A program made the position numbers and the translations under genes. 64,000 bases of DNA from Trypethelium eluteriae (lineage: Eukaryota). The notes under the pieces were generated by a model, which was not told where the DNA came from, did no database searches, and was given only the letters and a program-made list of their open reading frames with translations. Where the stretch lies: positions 1-64,000 of the forward strand of contig JAVECL010000027.1 in assembly GCA_051942245.1 (NCBI GenBank), written 5' to 3'. Shown piece by piece: positions 50,596-63,055 of this stretch; within the stretch, counting starts at the first letter, position 1, and each line of letters begins with the position of its first letter.

Positions 50596-51654
50596 ATACT
50601 GATTACTAAGACTTGCGAGCAGCGGAATTATGGGCTTTGGTTGCACCGGTCTACTCCGTACATACCTGGCAGACACTTGACCTTGGCTGGTCATCCTACC
50701 ATACTGAAGAAGATTGTACACCCCACCTTAGAGCGGAGATTGACAAGTGTGACGACAGCTCTGCGAAGCACTGTTCCAGGATCTTGAATCAGTCTCACAT
50801 TACTGCAGCTGTCACCGAGGAGAGAATGGAGGAGTGATTATTCCAAAAGTACAGGGCTTGCTGGATACTACCAGAAAAACGCCTGCTTTGCCGTTCTTGA
50901 ACAGGCACTTATCTCATTAATTTTTGCAGACAACCATGCACTATCCGCAATCATCATTATCGCCCAAGTCATTCGCGGTGACTATCAAACGGGATCGCTC
51001 AATTTACATTAATTCAGACAGGGATGCTTATCTCGATCTCTTGGACATCTTGCTTCTACAGGTTTCGGCACGCTTGTACGGACCGCTCATCGAATCTACA
51101 TTTAGTTGGAACGAACCTGCCTCGTTTTCTATTGAAGTATTTTTTTGGGCTTCCTCTCTAACGAATGCTCCTAGAAAACTAGGTCTATTGTCTAGTCGTT
51201 CAGTTTTTAGCCCTGTTGATGATATGGAAAGCCACAGGATTGCTGCGAAGAATCCAATGGAGCAGCATCTTTTTAGATGGTCCGTACTCCGCCACCTCTT
51301 TAAAAAGTCCATCCACAACAGTCTGCGAAATGTTTTAGAGCCTACCTCTGAGGCCGGTACGATTGGATTCACGTTGTTGCAGTTTGTCCATGGATGGACA
51401 TAAGGACCCCAGGGCGCAAATATCCCATCTCGCTTTTAACTGTGGAGGTCATACTAACAAACTCCAAGATCGTTTCCCGGGTAATTGATTGCTATCACTT
51501 CTCGAGGTAGCCCGACTCGTATTTCCGTCGTCTATTTGATACATCACTTTGTCTATAAAGTAACTTCTTTGCTCACAGCAAAAGATAAGTCTCGAGGTTC
51601 AGGCTCACGAATACTTAATGGTCGTGGCCTGGGTCCCACTTGCAGTCTGAAAAT

Positions 51655-54225
51655 TTATTGGATAACCCAAGTGCCAGTCACGGAGTTTTGTTGTACAACG
51701 TTCTTGTCACTGACAACTTTTCGGCTTTCGTTCTGCGGTAGATAAATGGGTATCTCCCCTTGCAGCCATGGGGGCTTGAATCTGTTCGCCGAGTCGGGCT
51801 CGAACGTTATTCTGATCTCCAAGTCGGTGCAGCTCATAGTCAGGTGGAATTTGGAGATCTCTGGCTTGAGCGAGATACCATCGTCTTCGTACCACGTATT
51901 TGCGAAGATTTTCCCACTTGAAGATCCGCGTGGCGGAAACAGTCGTAGATACCTCAGGTTATCCTCTGGCAAATTGGCCTCGTTCTTCGAGTCTCCGGGT
52001 GCAACAGTCTGCTCGCTCTTCCCGCCAGGGATGGCCGTCCCAGCCTTGGCTAGGACGGGTATACTTTTTCGCCATTCAGATTTTACCTCAACCCATTGCC
52101 CAGGTTCCAGGTAATCCCACGGCTCATTCAAGTTCCAGTATCCCTCGGTTTGTCCGGCTCTCTTTGGAAGGTACAATTTGGCTGTCGTCACACCTGACTC
52201 GTACACGCCACCAATTAGCAGAGCATCCCCAAGCCAATACTGTTCCTCGCCATCCAGAAGCTTTCTACTTTCCCACACCATTTTGTCGCTTTCATAGCCC
52301 CATCCAACCCAGCGTTGCGGTGGAATTGCGAATAAATGACTTTCTAGGTGTAAGCTATACAGATATGGTATCATAGAGTACCGCATTTTGATGGCATCTC
52401 GGACCTGCGGAAGTACTTCTGGATACATCCAAGGCTCGATAACATCACCCACGGTATTGTCAGCTGGGCTGGTCTTGTAGCAATTGATGGCAAAACGTGG
52501 ACTATAAGTTCCAAGCTGGACCCAGCGAAGCAAGAGCTCGGGAGATGGTTGGGGGCCTTCGAAGCCTCCGATGTCGTGACCATAGCACTGAAGCAAGCAC
52601 ATCCCCGCAGTAAGCGACAAGGCATTGGCACCCTTCATACCCTCCCAGCTGGTGATGTTATCTCCACTCCATGAGCTACAAGCATATCTCATCGTTCCAA
52701 TCGTAGCACTACGTGTCAGTACAAACGGTCTCTCATGTGGATTAACCTCAATACAAGCCTCATAGGACGATTTACCCATCAGCTCAGTGTGCAGCGCTCG
52801 TCCCCACCAGCCGACTTGATTGCTCAACTCACAAGGGCTCTCTTCCCTTTGAACAGAGGGCTCATCAAGCCTAATTTGCCAATCATCGCTCGGGATTGTG
52901 TACTCATTGTTGTCATTCCAGATACAGTCTATTCCTTCTTTCTTCAACTGTCGGACACCTTCGTACCACCAGCGGAACCCAGCTGAAGATGTAAAATCAA
53001 GATGGCTACCCTCGCCGCTCTCTCCGCCGCCTGCACTCCAAAGTCGCATTTCAGCGCTTTTCTGACAAATAGGATCATGGAACAAAGCTCCTGCGTCTTT
53101 CAGCATCCGATATGCAGGGTGATTGGCAAGCACATAAGGCTTTACGTTCGCGATGATTCGAATACCACGTTCATGAAAAGCTTTGATCCAGCCTTCCGGA
53201 TCGGGGAACCGGTGTCTATTCCAAGTAAAGACGTTGCGTGTCTTCGGCTCCGTCTCTGCGACTGTGTAGCCAGACGATAACTGGAACCCCGAGCAAGGGA
53301 TGTCATGGTTCTTCACCTTCTGCGCCCATTGCACAAGTGCATCCGCTGCGGGTGGATCATCTAGCATGGAGTATTTCATGCCACCGCCGAGATATCCGAA
53401 GGCCCATCTAGGAACGAGCTGCGGGTATCCAACCAAGTCCGCAAAAGTCTTGACAACTTCTTTGATTGTTTTACCAACAATGGTGTATTCCTCAAGACCG
53501 CCGTGGTCTTGGCGGTATACTTTGTAATAACCCCAGAGTCCATCCATCTCGGAACCAATCGCGTATCTACCGCGACAATGCGAGGTAGAAAACGAAGCGA
53601 CGCAGCCATGTGGCAGGGCATTGATGAGCAGGGGAATGTGCTTGTACAAAGGATCGGTTCGATAGACATCATAGCCAAATGAGTCGGTGGCAGACAGCTC
53701 AAAACCACGATTTTGGAGATTCATTGGCGCAGACTTTTCACCCAGTCCAACATGCAACGTGTTTTTCTTGAACCGAGTGTAATGACTGACTCCTGGACCA
53801 TCGATGACATACGATCGGAATGGCAGATCCTCGAACAAAGTACCATCCGAATTCTGGTACGAGATGGACACAACAGGTGCTTTGCTCCACTCCACTGAGA
53901 CTTTGAGATCGCCAATATCAAATGCCTTTTGTGTTGCTTGATGGTTTTCTGATATTTCCACGCCGCCGAGATAAGGTTCTGGCACCGGGGTACTTCGATG
54001 AGGGGGCAACTGATGTTTCTCGGACGTGAATGTAGTTCGAAACAGGTTGGGACGAAGCACTTCAAAGGAGAATTTGAAGGGCGATGTTGGCGTGAATGTC
54101 AGACCAGCAGCGTCGTCGGATACAGCCCCGGCATGGTCGTTATGGAGAAACAGGCATGGATGAGCAACACGATCTGGAGTATTATCTAGAACAAACCCAC
54201 ATGGGACGTATTCATACTGGACCAT
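51655..54225 (-). CDS. Intracellular GH31 alpha-glucosidase-like enzyme
   Basis: DPLYKHIP, IWNDNNE nucleophile motif, WSGDN acid/base and GHDIGGF..P..ELLLRW. No signal peptide, intronless. Confidence 0.93.
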   Translation of the reverse strand: MVQYEYVPCGFVLDNTPDRVAHPCLFLHNDHAGAVSDDAAGLTFTPTSPFKFSFEVLRPNLFRTTFTSEKHQLPPHRSTPVPEPYLGGVEISENHQATQKAFDIGDLKVSVEWSKAPVVSISYQNSDGTLFEDLPFRSYVIDGPGVSHYTRFKKNTLHVGLGEKSAPMNLQNRGFELSATDSFGYDVYRTDPLYKHIPLLINALPHGCVASFSTSHCRGRYAIGSEMDGLWGYYKVYRQDHGGLEEYTIVGKTIKEVVKTFADLVGYPQLVPRWAFGYLGGGMKYSMLDDPPAADALVQWAQKVKNHDIPCSGFQLSSGYTVAETEPKTRNVFTWNRHRFPDPEGWIKAFHERGIRIIANVKPYVLANHPAYRMLKDAGALFHDPICQKSAEMRLWSAGGGESGEGSHLDFTSSAGFRWWYEGVRQLKKEGIDCIWNDNNEYTIPSDDWQIRLDEPSVQREESPCELSNQVGWWGRALHTELMGKSSYEACIEVNPHERPFVLTRSATIGTMRYACSSWSGDNITSWEGMKGANALSLTAGMCLLQCYGHDIGGFEGPQPSPELLLRWVQLGTYSPRFAINCYKTSPADNTVGDVIEPWMYPEVLPQVRDAIKMRYSMIPYLYSLHLESHLFAIPPQRWVGWGYESDKMVWESRKLLDGEEQYWLGDALLIGGVYESGVTTAKLYLPKRAGQTEGYWNLNEPWDYLEPGQWVEVKSEWRKSIPVLAKAGTAIPGGKSEQTVAPGDSKNEANLPEDNLRYLRLFPPRGSSSGKIFANTWYEDDGISLKPEISKFHLTMSCTDLEIRITFEPDSANRFKPPWLQGEIPIYLPQNESRKVVSDKNVVQQNSVTGTWVIQ

Positions 54226-56252
54226 TTTAATGAAGTGTTTGCCCAAGAAGAAACTCCTCAGGATGCCCTGAAGGAGTATGGGCTTTTAGTTTTCCACAGA
54301 AAAAAAGAGAATAGCGAGGCAATGTTAGTTCAATGCGCAGAAAACGGAACTTGCAAGGCAATAGATCGTAACGGATTGCAATAAAGCCTAGACAGACCTA
54401 GCTCACGATATCCAAGAAGACGATTTCCCCAGTGGTAATATTCAAGTAAGGGAAGGGGCGCGACATCGTCTTGCCTGTTCGCTTGTTGATGGAAATCACC
54501 CGGCATTGACGACGTACCCCATTAAATACTCCGAGGATCGTCATGCGAAGCTCAAGCCCCGCATCTAGACATGCTCTGATTAGTGAGACGTATGTGCCAA
54601 TGAAAGACCCACAAGGTTTTTCGTCAAACTCTGATGCTGCCATGGGTTTTCGCCGGTGCGGGGCGGTTGACTTCACAGCTCTCGAGGATATGTAAGAGCG
54701 TCAAAGCAAGATGTCTTGAACAGCTTCAACCGGGATCGCCGACCATTTTCACCGAGTGAAACAAAAGCTAAGGTCATTATTGCATGAAATACTTCGAATC
54801 AGATGCTGAGAAAGAAAAAATGCATAAGAAGATGGCGATGTGCCTTAACGCTCATGTTCCTCACGCTTGGTCACCGATCTATTAGCGGGACAGCCTCTTG
54901 ACATATACCTCTTGACGTATATTATGGCTGATGAGAACTACCCCCTTGCGAGGCGACTGGTGACAGCTATAGGTGAATTATAGCGGATTGGATAGCAGGA
55001 TACCTTTGGTTCAGAGCCTTGATTGGCCCCGACAAAATCCAGAGATGATGAGCATGGGGCCATGGGAGAGAAACGACTCGATGACATATTTCGCCGCTCC
55101 AGTATGCAATGGCATAACGCCCTTCAGTCGTATCGTAAAAAGTGCTTTCGTCCATGTAGAGCGTCACGGTGATTGCAACGAGCTATTGTCGTCTGAGATA
55201 CAATGTGCCGCTCAATATTATTTCACTTCGAGGAATATACATGGACGAAGACCTGCATGCGCAAAAGAGGTGCCCACCCCTTTTGGTCAAACTGTTCCTC
55301 GCAAACTGTCGACTCGTGGGTCCCACTGCATAAAAATCTCCGTGTGGATAAATGGTGTAGTTTCCAAAGAGCTTCGAATCCGGATAATGTAGAGCTTGGA
55401 AGTGCACATCTCGAGTGCTCAGATGAAATTGGTGTTCTTTCTCTTGTCTCGTACGGAGTACGATATAGGGGTAGGGGTAGGGTATCGCGGAAGATTCCGC
55501 GCAAGGCCGACAGTGGAATGGATCCTGACAGATTACGGTAAAGTGTACTCCGTAATACTCCGCACTCCGTATGGTGATCACTGGTTATATCTCCACACTC
55601 ACAACCTCAGAGAAACGATTCCGGAATCATCTATCAGCACCGAATGTAGTTTTTCGACCCTTCGTGAGAGGAAGAAACAGAGTGAAGGCAGCTTCTTAGT
55701 GAGAGTACGGCAGTCGTGTTCCGATCATCAGGAGCCAAGAGATTCCTAGCAAAAATTAGGCCGCTTCGAGTGTCAGACATTTAGGGTTAACAAGGCGCTC
55801 CCAGGCTCGTTTCTACTGCATCCTGTCATCGAGTGTAGCTGAACGCTGGTTGCTCTCTCACCTACTCCAATCGAGACTATATCAGCCCCTAGACCTAGCA
55901 CGAGCATACACTGTGAACAGCTTGCTCAAAGAGTCTACCACGGAGAGGTGGCCACTGTCGGCTACACCGACATAGTTAAATCCATTACCACATTGGGAAA
56001 AATGATAGAGGATTTGCAAGACCGCTCTCAACGCCACATATACCAAAGGTCTGGATTTCGAGCTGGAGTAGTCCCAGTCGCGTATTGTTTTTGAGCAGAT
56101 GGGATGCTGTACTATAAAGGTATAAAGGGGGCGAATCCAGTATCTACTTTACAAGATTTCCTTATGTATCATTTTACTCTATTTGTCTCGGTGGATAACT
56201 GTTGATACACCACATTGCATCCCGAAGAGCTTATTCGTTTTAATTTGAAGAT

Positions 56253-57110
56253 ATGAAGCTTGTAATTGTCTGGTCTGTCCATCTCATCCTCATGGCCATT
56301 CGCTTGGATGCTGTTTCTACAGTGAACCCACAGCCACGGGATGACATTGGCAATCTTTCAGTGTAAGAGACCCTGACTTTGTCGAAGTTTCTCGTTCTGA
56401 CCGCAGTAATATCTCGCAGCTATGCTCTTAAATTGGACTATCAGCCCGCCCTAAGTTCTAAAAAGCGTAACGCTAGGCATGGCAACTCACGAGGACTCAC
56501 CAAAAGGCATTTAGCTTACCCTATCAATGACTGTCCTGCACAAGCTCCTCATGCACACGAAGGAAACATTCATTTCAGGGGATCCAAATGCGAAACAAAC
56601 ACGTTTTCGGGGGCTTACAGTATCTCTTGTCATCCGGATCGACCTGACTCACCTCCATTCGGGCACCCCGTATGGTGGTATGACGGCAGCTGTCGTCGTC
56701 ATGAGATATGCATTGATAGACCCGTCGACGAATCCACATCATTCCAGACCGGGTGGTATTCAACAGCGTGGTGCATTTCCGGAAGTGCCTTTGTGAAACT
56801 CGCCCAAACAGGAATAGAGAATGAAGTTCAGCGGGCTAGGATAACCCCACAAGACCCGCAGAGTAACCATAGTAATCTCGAGGTTGTATTGACCAAACAG
56901 GATGATGACAATACCCTCTTCAAGGTTCCACATATCAATCTTACGGCCAGGGACACGGAGCACAACCCTGTAGGCCAGTCAGTCTCGTGTTTCAACTGCA
57001 ATCATCTGCGTATCCAGAGCTACCCAGCAGGCACGACTAGTTTTGACTTGAGCGTGACATCGCCAAATACCCGCGACAGAGCAAAAATCCATGCACTCAA
57101 GTGGCCTTAA
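56253..57110 (+). CDS. Secreted Cys-rich effector candidate with Kex2 pro-domain (FOLD/SIX6-like pattern)
   Basis: ATG 56253 with signal peptide MKLVIVWSVHLILMAIRLDA. Intron ~56363-56419 splices in phase into ORF 56379-57110. KKR and TKR sites, 8 Cys. TATA boxes at ~56113-56126. Confidence 0.75.
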
Positions 57111-57394
57111 AGTCTTACTTCAAAAGCCTTCTAAGTGTCAATATTTCTATTACGAATCTCCTTTACTACATGTCACAACAAGAACACGGAAATTTCATGC
57201 ATGCTCAGATCAAGATGGTGGAGTCATTGTCATATAAATATATACGTCGTTGATATATACAAATCCTCCAGATGACTCCTTTCTGTGCTATGATCCTCCC
57301 GAATATCTTCCTCAAGCTAATCCACCCCCAACAGACAGCAGTATCACTGGTTCAACGACCACCTGCAACATTTCAACCCCTATTCCAATTCTGT

Positions 57395-57904
57395 TTAGAT
57401 CGTTGGGAACCCTCTGCTCAACTGGAAGCAGGCCAGTCCCGCAGGGCATGGTCCACTGACGAATGCTCCAGCCTGTCCGGGCCTGAGAGTATCCCCAGAG
57501 AGAGAAGGGTTCAAGCAGGCACTGTTGCTGTTCGCACCAGCACAGTCGAACTTGATGCAGCAGGCGCCGCTAGAGCAGCCCCCACCAGAGAAAGCTTCGC
57601 CGCCCGCAGCACCACAAGCGCCTGTAGAGAGGCAGGAACCTATAAGAAGGATTAACCAGGTCCACAGTGATGGGGGTTGATGGAAAGATATGGATTTACC
57701 GTCGAGATTGGCGGGCCTCGCAGGGTTGTTGGATGCACCAAGAACAGATGGGGACAGCCTGCAGAGCTGAACCGCGGCAGCTGCATCCGCGCCCTGGACT
57801 TCCGAGCCAGCGCGGGCGGCTAGACTGCCGCTATATTCAGTCTCGCCAGCGGCGAGAGATGGGGCAGCGACGAGCGCAAGGATGGTGATGAACATCGACT
57901 TCAT
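57395..57904 (-). CDS. Small secreted Cys/Gly-rich protein
   Basis: Signal peptide MKSMFITILALVAAPSLA, probable in-frame 60-nt intron 57699-57640, 10 Cys including a CC pair. Confidence 0.75.
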   Translation of the reverse strand: MKSMFITILALVAAPSLAAGETEYSGSLAARAGSEVQGADAAAAVQLCRLSPSVLGASNNPARPANLDGKSISFHQPPSLWTWLILLIGSCLSTGACGAAGGEAFSGGGCSSGACCIKFDCAGANSNSACLNPSLSGDTLRPGQAGAFVSGPCPAGLACFQLSRGFPTI

Positions 57905-60460
57905 GATGTTTGAAGCTAAAGGCTAGAATATGTCTTGAGAGTGAATGAAGCTTGAGACAAGATAGCTTGGAGAAGATTGATCTGAGCGATAGACGATTTG
58001 GAAGCGAATGTGGTCTGATGGTTGATACGATTCAACACGAGACTGGAAGGCCATATTTATACCAAAACTTACAGCCTCATTATATCTACATACCCACAGT
58101 ACCCGATTAGTGTATCTTCGGTCCCCGATACTCATATTACAATTTCATTCTCATCTGATGGTGAATTGTTGATGGCAATGCGGAGACAGGGGTCGCATCT
58201 GAGGATTCGAGTTCAAATCCGCAGTTGGAAGGTTGTATCTGCATGTTTTTCCATCCTTTAGGATTTCTAGACAAGAAATTGCGGGGATAGCGTTGAGACG
58301 GCGTGAGACGGCGGCGGGAGCTAAAGCAGTGACCTGACGGTTAGCTGCACTGGCTTCCGTTGTTATATTACTAGATGCCTGGACTTAAACTTACAATCTG
58401 GATCACCTTGCAGATACTCCAGATAGAAGCCCAATAGCGCAGTTCTAAGCTTGACTTCGCAGAAAGGCGGTTGCTCGTGGATAGACATCAATAGAGATAC
58501 TTGCCCTGCAAAAACTCAGCCTTAGGTTCTGCACCTAAGCAGAGTGGTTGGCTCTTTAATCCATAGGTTGTAGAGACACTGGAGGAAGACACAAACTTGC
58601 AGGTCTTACTTTACTTACAAGTTTGGGGGAATTGAAGATCGTTGTAGACTCTTCGATCTGGCTAAGCCGGAAGTGTCGACATATAACGGGATCTTTCCAG
58701 AGCCGGTCATCTAGCCCCTCTCCATTTGTGGATTTTCTGATCCTGCATGGCAAGTCCTGGGGTTCCTGCAGGTCTCCTACTCAACTCACGCTACGCCAGG
58801 GTTTACTTTAGTCTTACCTGGTAGCTGGCTTTTAACCTAAAATTTGCCCGATCTCGTAAGGTTTGCTCTCCTCCCCTCAACCAGGTTTCGAACGTGATAG
58901 AAAGTCTGAGTGCATAATTATATATCGGATTATGTAACAGAGCTTCACCCCGCCTTCCATTATTGGAAACTGAATGTGTGAGGGCCTGTTCCTTGAGATG
59001 TATCTCAAGCAAGGCTTAATTCTTGACTGGGTTCTAGAATGTGAATTGGTCGATTTCCCACCAACTATGCACGCAAGACGTCTTGCGCATACGTCTGACT
59101 GAGCGTTTACGCGTCATCATCGCTGTGCTTGTCTCGAGCTGGGCTTCACGGCATTGATGCTGAGCTAGTGGAGCAACTCGATTCACAGGCAGCTGACCAG
59201 CTCCTGAGCTGCAACTAGCTTCGAAGAGTAGCAACCTCCGTGCTTGGCATCGGACATCGACTTTGCGGCGACAGTAGGCAATAGGTAAGATGGAGAAGTG
59301 CAGAGCCGCTTGGAATGTAGAGAAGTCATGCGGTACGACGGTATCAGGGCGGCCGATTCGTCCTATCAAACGGATATGGCACGAGAAGCCTTCCACGGAT
59401 TAGGGCCATTGCGAGAGTTGTAGAATGGAGCAACAGCCCCCTAGCTCAATACTCTGGTTCACTCCTCAGCAAGACATGCTGCGTTGTGATTTTTCCGATT
59501 GCCCCTGTCTATCGTTCATCGCTATTCTGATCTTCTATCCAGTCAACCGAGGTCCGATGCAGCAAATGCAGAGTACACGACGACAAAGGCATAAAAGCAA
59601 GGCTTTAACCTTCAAATCCGACGGACTTTTGAAATGCCGGCTGCTCAATTGAGTGCAGTAGCGAATTTGTATGGATCCCCTGCTTCGGTGAGGCGAGTCC
59701 TCCGCAATATCCCTCCAAGAAAGGTCTGGCCGCTTCTGTTGCTTCGATTCCCTGAGCTATCCATCTTCCTCCACGGTAAATTAGACACGTAGTGAGTGAC
59801 TTGTGATGTCGACGCGGCTTGGATAAAATGAACCCAACAATTGTGCATGGGCATTTGACAGGAAACATGAGAATTGCCGGTGAAGATGGACGAAGGACAC
59901 GACTTGGCAAACCGATATTGAGATTAATGGTGAGCTCGATAGTGAGTCATGACTTTGACCCATCCATGCTTGAGTGAGGAAACACGGAATGGCCAGGAGT
60001 CGGTCATGGTGAACCCAGAGGTCGAAGGGGTCTCTTTCCCAGAAGAGTCATTATTCTCCTCACTTCCACTATGAGAAATCTCGGTTTATCTCCTTCGACC
60101 GGGTTTCCATGGCTGAACGAGGCTTGCAGGACTGCTCGCTCCAGAACGGAACAAGATCATGCGGGTGGAGATGTACAAGGCGATCGTGCATGGTACAGGG
60201 AAACCATCCGAATGCTTTCATGCAACGTCGTCACGGTACGAGAGGACCGTCCTCACCAGTGTCGTGGCTCGACGATCCTGTGCGGATCTGTGTCAAGTGA
60301 AATGAGAGGGGGATCGGATGATTGAGATTGTAAAGTCTCGGAGACAGCTCCTTTAGCAACGCCTTGATCGCGTGCCGAAGAGCCAGCTGCCCTAGATTGG
60401 TCGAAACGAAGCAACCAACGCTGCGTACCAACAGGTCAGTCCACAGCAAAGTCTGGTGGA

Positions 60461-60721
60461 TGCTCCTGCAAGCAAATCTGTAGAGGGATCCTCGTCTTCG
60501 TCTTCGCTGTCGGGGATTCCGGTGATGTTTTGTCGTTTTGACCTTGCCTTCGGCGGTGACGTTGGACTTGCCCTTGGGTTTTATGTCTGTGTCAATTTCT
60601 TGCTAAACTCGCGGACCACATCTCTTAAGTCGGTGAAGTCAAAGACCGGCGTGATGCTAATGTTATCAAGCAGGCGAGCTGGTTCGTTATCCTGAGTTTC
60701 GCCATCTCGTGGAATTGGCGC
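60461..60721 (-). pseudogene. Duplicated internal fragment of the RAD51-paralog gene (copy of 507-767)
   Basis: Ungapped 261-bp match with 30 mismatches by manual alignment. CAA>TAA stop at 60581-60583. Confidence 0.9.
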
Positions 60722-63018
60722 CGAAGACGACTTCATTAGTCTCCCAATTCAGACCAAAGGCTTTCCACTCGACTAGTAACATCCCATGGAGAAGCATTGA
60801 AGGATCTGAGCTCCGAAACGAGATACCTAACGGGACCATCGATATCCTGGGAGTGATGATTCGCAGGCGCCAGCCATCCCCACAAGGCGATCAGGATGCT
60901 GAATCTGGTCCGTTCAACAAATCCAAGATTGGAGGCAAAGAGAATTCACCTTGAGCAAACCATTGAAGAGTTGCGTAATATCTTTGCGGAGTCCTTGCGG
61001 AATATCCAAGAGAAATAGTACACCAAGATACTATATGGCTGAGTCAATGGGTTATTGCAAGTCATCGGGTATGGACGACCAGCTGGCTTCCAGCGACTGT
61101 CGCTTCGAAGACCATAGGTATGCCCTGATGAAGATGGGGTTCCTTGCAGCCAGGATTATGAGGAATGTACTAGTGGTATTGGGTGCATTCGCTACCTGGT
61201 AGCACAGCAATCAGGACTTCGCCAGAGCTGTAAGAGTCGAGAGCTACAGTCTCTGTACGTTGAATACTGACTGTCGTTCTGCAGGTGGCGTCTGCACGTG
61301 ACATCGCTGATGTCCTCGCGTTATAAGGAGACGTAGTTTTCGGTGGTGGGTTGAGCAAAAGGATGAAGAATCGAGGCTACAAACAGCGGAAGCAATGTCC
61401 GCGCTTGGTAACATACTCACGAAGTTGAACCGGATGCATAGGTGCATGGGTGACAAAATATTTTTGGTGAAGACCAAGAGGATATAAATCTTCTTTCGCT
61501 TGCATCATCTCACGATCGCAACGGCTTGACTGAGGAAGTGCACACCATCTCCCTACTTATTCTACTTTCCGAGGTGAGCAACACAGATAAATCGTGGGGA
61601 ATCTAGGGTGACGGCTAATCTCAACACGAATCGAGCAAGCATTGTCCGCTCATGCATCCAGGAAGATAAATGCCAAGGAACTTTGCAGAGCCGCTGCTGC
61701 AGCGTCCCTGAATAATGACCAACGAAGATGACAACAGAGTCCAAAGTTCATGGATCAGGTGCCCCAAGAACGTTGAAGACGACGGTCTCTTAAAGAGAGG
61801 TGGCCAACGAGCTGCTCAAAGCAGCAACCGTACCTTTAACGAACCCGTTGAGCGTGCAAAGGTTAAGGGATATACTTGCCGTCTGCACAGCACCCAGCCC
61901 TACGGGAGATATATTTCTTACAAGTGATGCTGAGACTCGTGGCCGCCCAGTTTAGAATGCGAAATATCTCGTTGTAGTAGCAGCCGTGTTCAAAGTCTTG
62001 ACGGTTCTCATAGTTGATATGACTTCGACCGCTGACAGGCACGATGAAGAGAATAGCCTAAATGCAATTGATTTGCTAAGCATCAACATCTGAACTTCTA
62101 GATAGTGACTTTCCATCATGGACACGATCTTTTTCCCAGAAAGATTCTTTGTCTTCTAGTACGTTAGAGACGATGGGGTCGATTCTTTACGACTCGAATA
62201 GATCGAATGGGGTGGCTCAGCCTGACGACGTGGTGTATGGGCAACATGATCGACGTGACCTTAGAGATTGGGTTTCTGGTGAAGGTACCGGATTGGAGCG
62301 AAAGGTAAGAAATGCGGAGATGGACACGATAGAATTGAAAGTCCGGGGGCAAATCCGGGTTGTCAAGCACAGGGCAAGTGGTAGTTACTGCCTTAGCCAA
62401 ATTCGGTAACCCGGCAGAGGATCTGTCCCCAGCCTGTAATTACTAAGCTGATTGGGCATCTGTTTCAGGAGATCCTTGCCTCCTTTTCTCCACTCTAAGA
62501 ATCTAGGTGTTTTCCTACTATGTATCTATCTTCACCTTGCTGGCGGATAATCGATTATCCAGAAAATATCTAACGTGTTCTCAATAAGACAGCTGGCTGC
62601 GGACTTCAATATCCAGGGCCGCTGCTTCGACGCAGAACTCGGCTTGACCCAGAGCTTGGAAAGTTCGCATAGCCAATTTTCGGAACTGTAGTCCGAGGAT
62701 CGAATATTCAGACGTTTTCTGACTCGATCCTGTCAGAAGGTACTGTAACTACTGTCGAAAGTCAATGTGTCGGCGTATACGGAGTACAATCTACTGAAAG
62801 CTGGCCGGAACAAGAATGACAGACTCAGTACCTTGTCTCTGGCTCGTTGGGCAATATGTCAAGTTAACGATACAGGCTTCGTTGAATCCGTTGCAATCCG
62901 ATGCGCCATGCTCCTCCAATCATGAACGTGAACATCACTCAAAGGGCGAAGATCGCGAGCGTACGTCGCTTGGCATCTGCAATCGAAGGTATATACTACT
63001 GCCAAGCGAAGAAGAGGC

Positions 63019-63055
63019 AGGAGCTGAGGAGCTAAGGAGCTGAGGAGCTGAGGAG
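63019..63055 (+). repeat. 8-bp minisatellite (AGGAGCTG)n
   Basis: About 4.5 units with one variant, read directly. Confidence 0.8.

Noticed and set aside
50924..51403. 159-aa ORF between the methyltransferase and GH31
   Set aside because: No recognisable motifs or convincing start context.
43983..54225. Acyl-CoA ligase, KARI, methyltransferase and GH31 as a secondary-metabolite cluster
   Set aside because: No backbone synthase, transporter or regulator, and the run is interrupted by a ribosomal protein gene.
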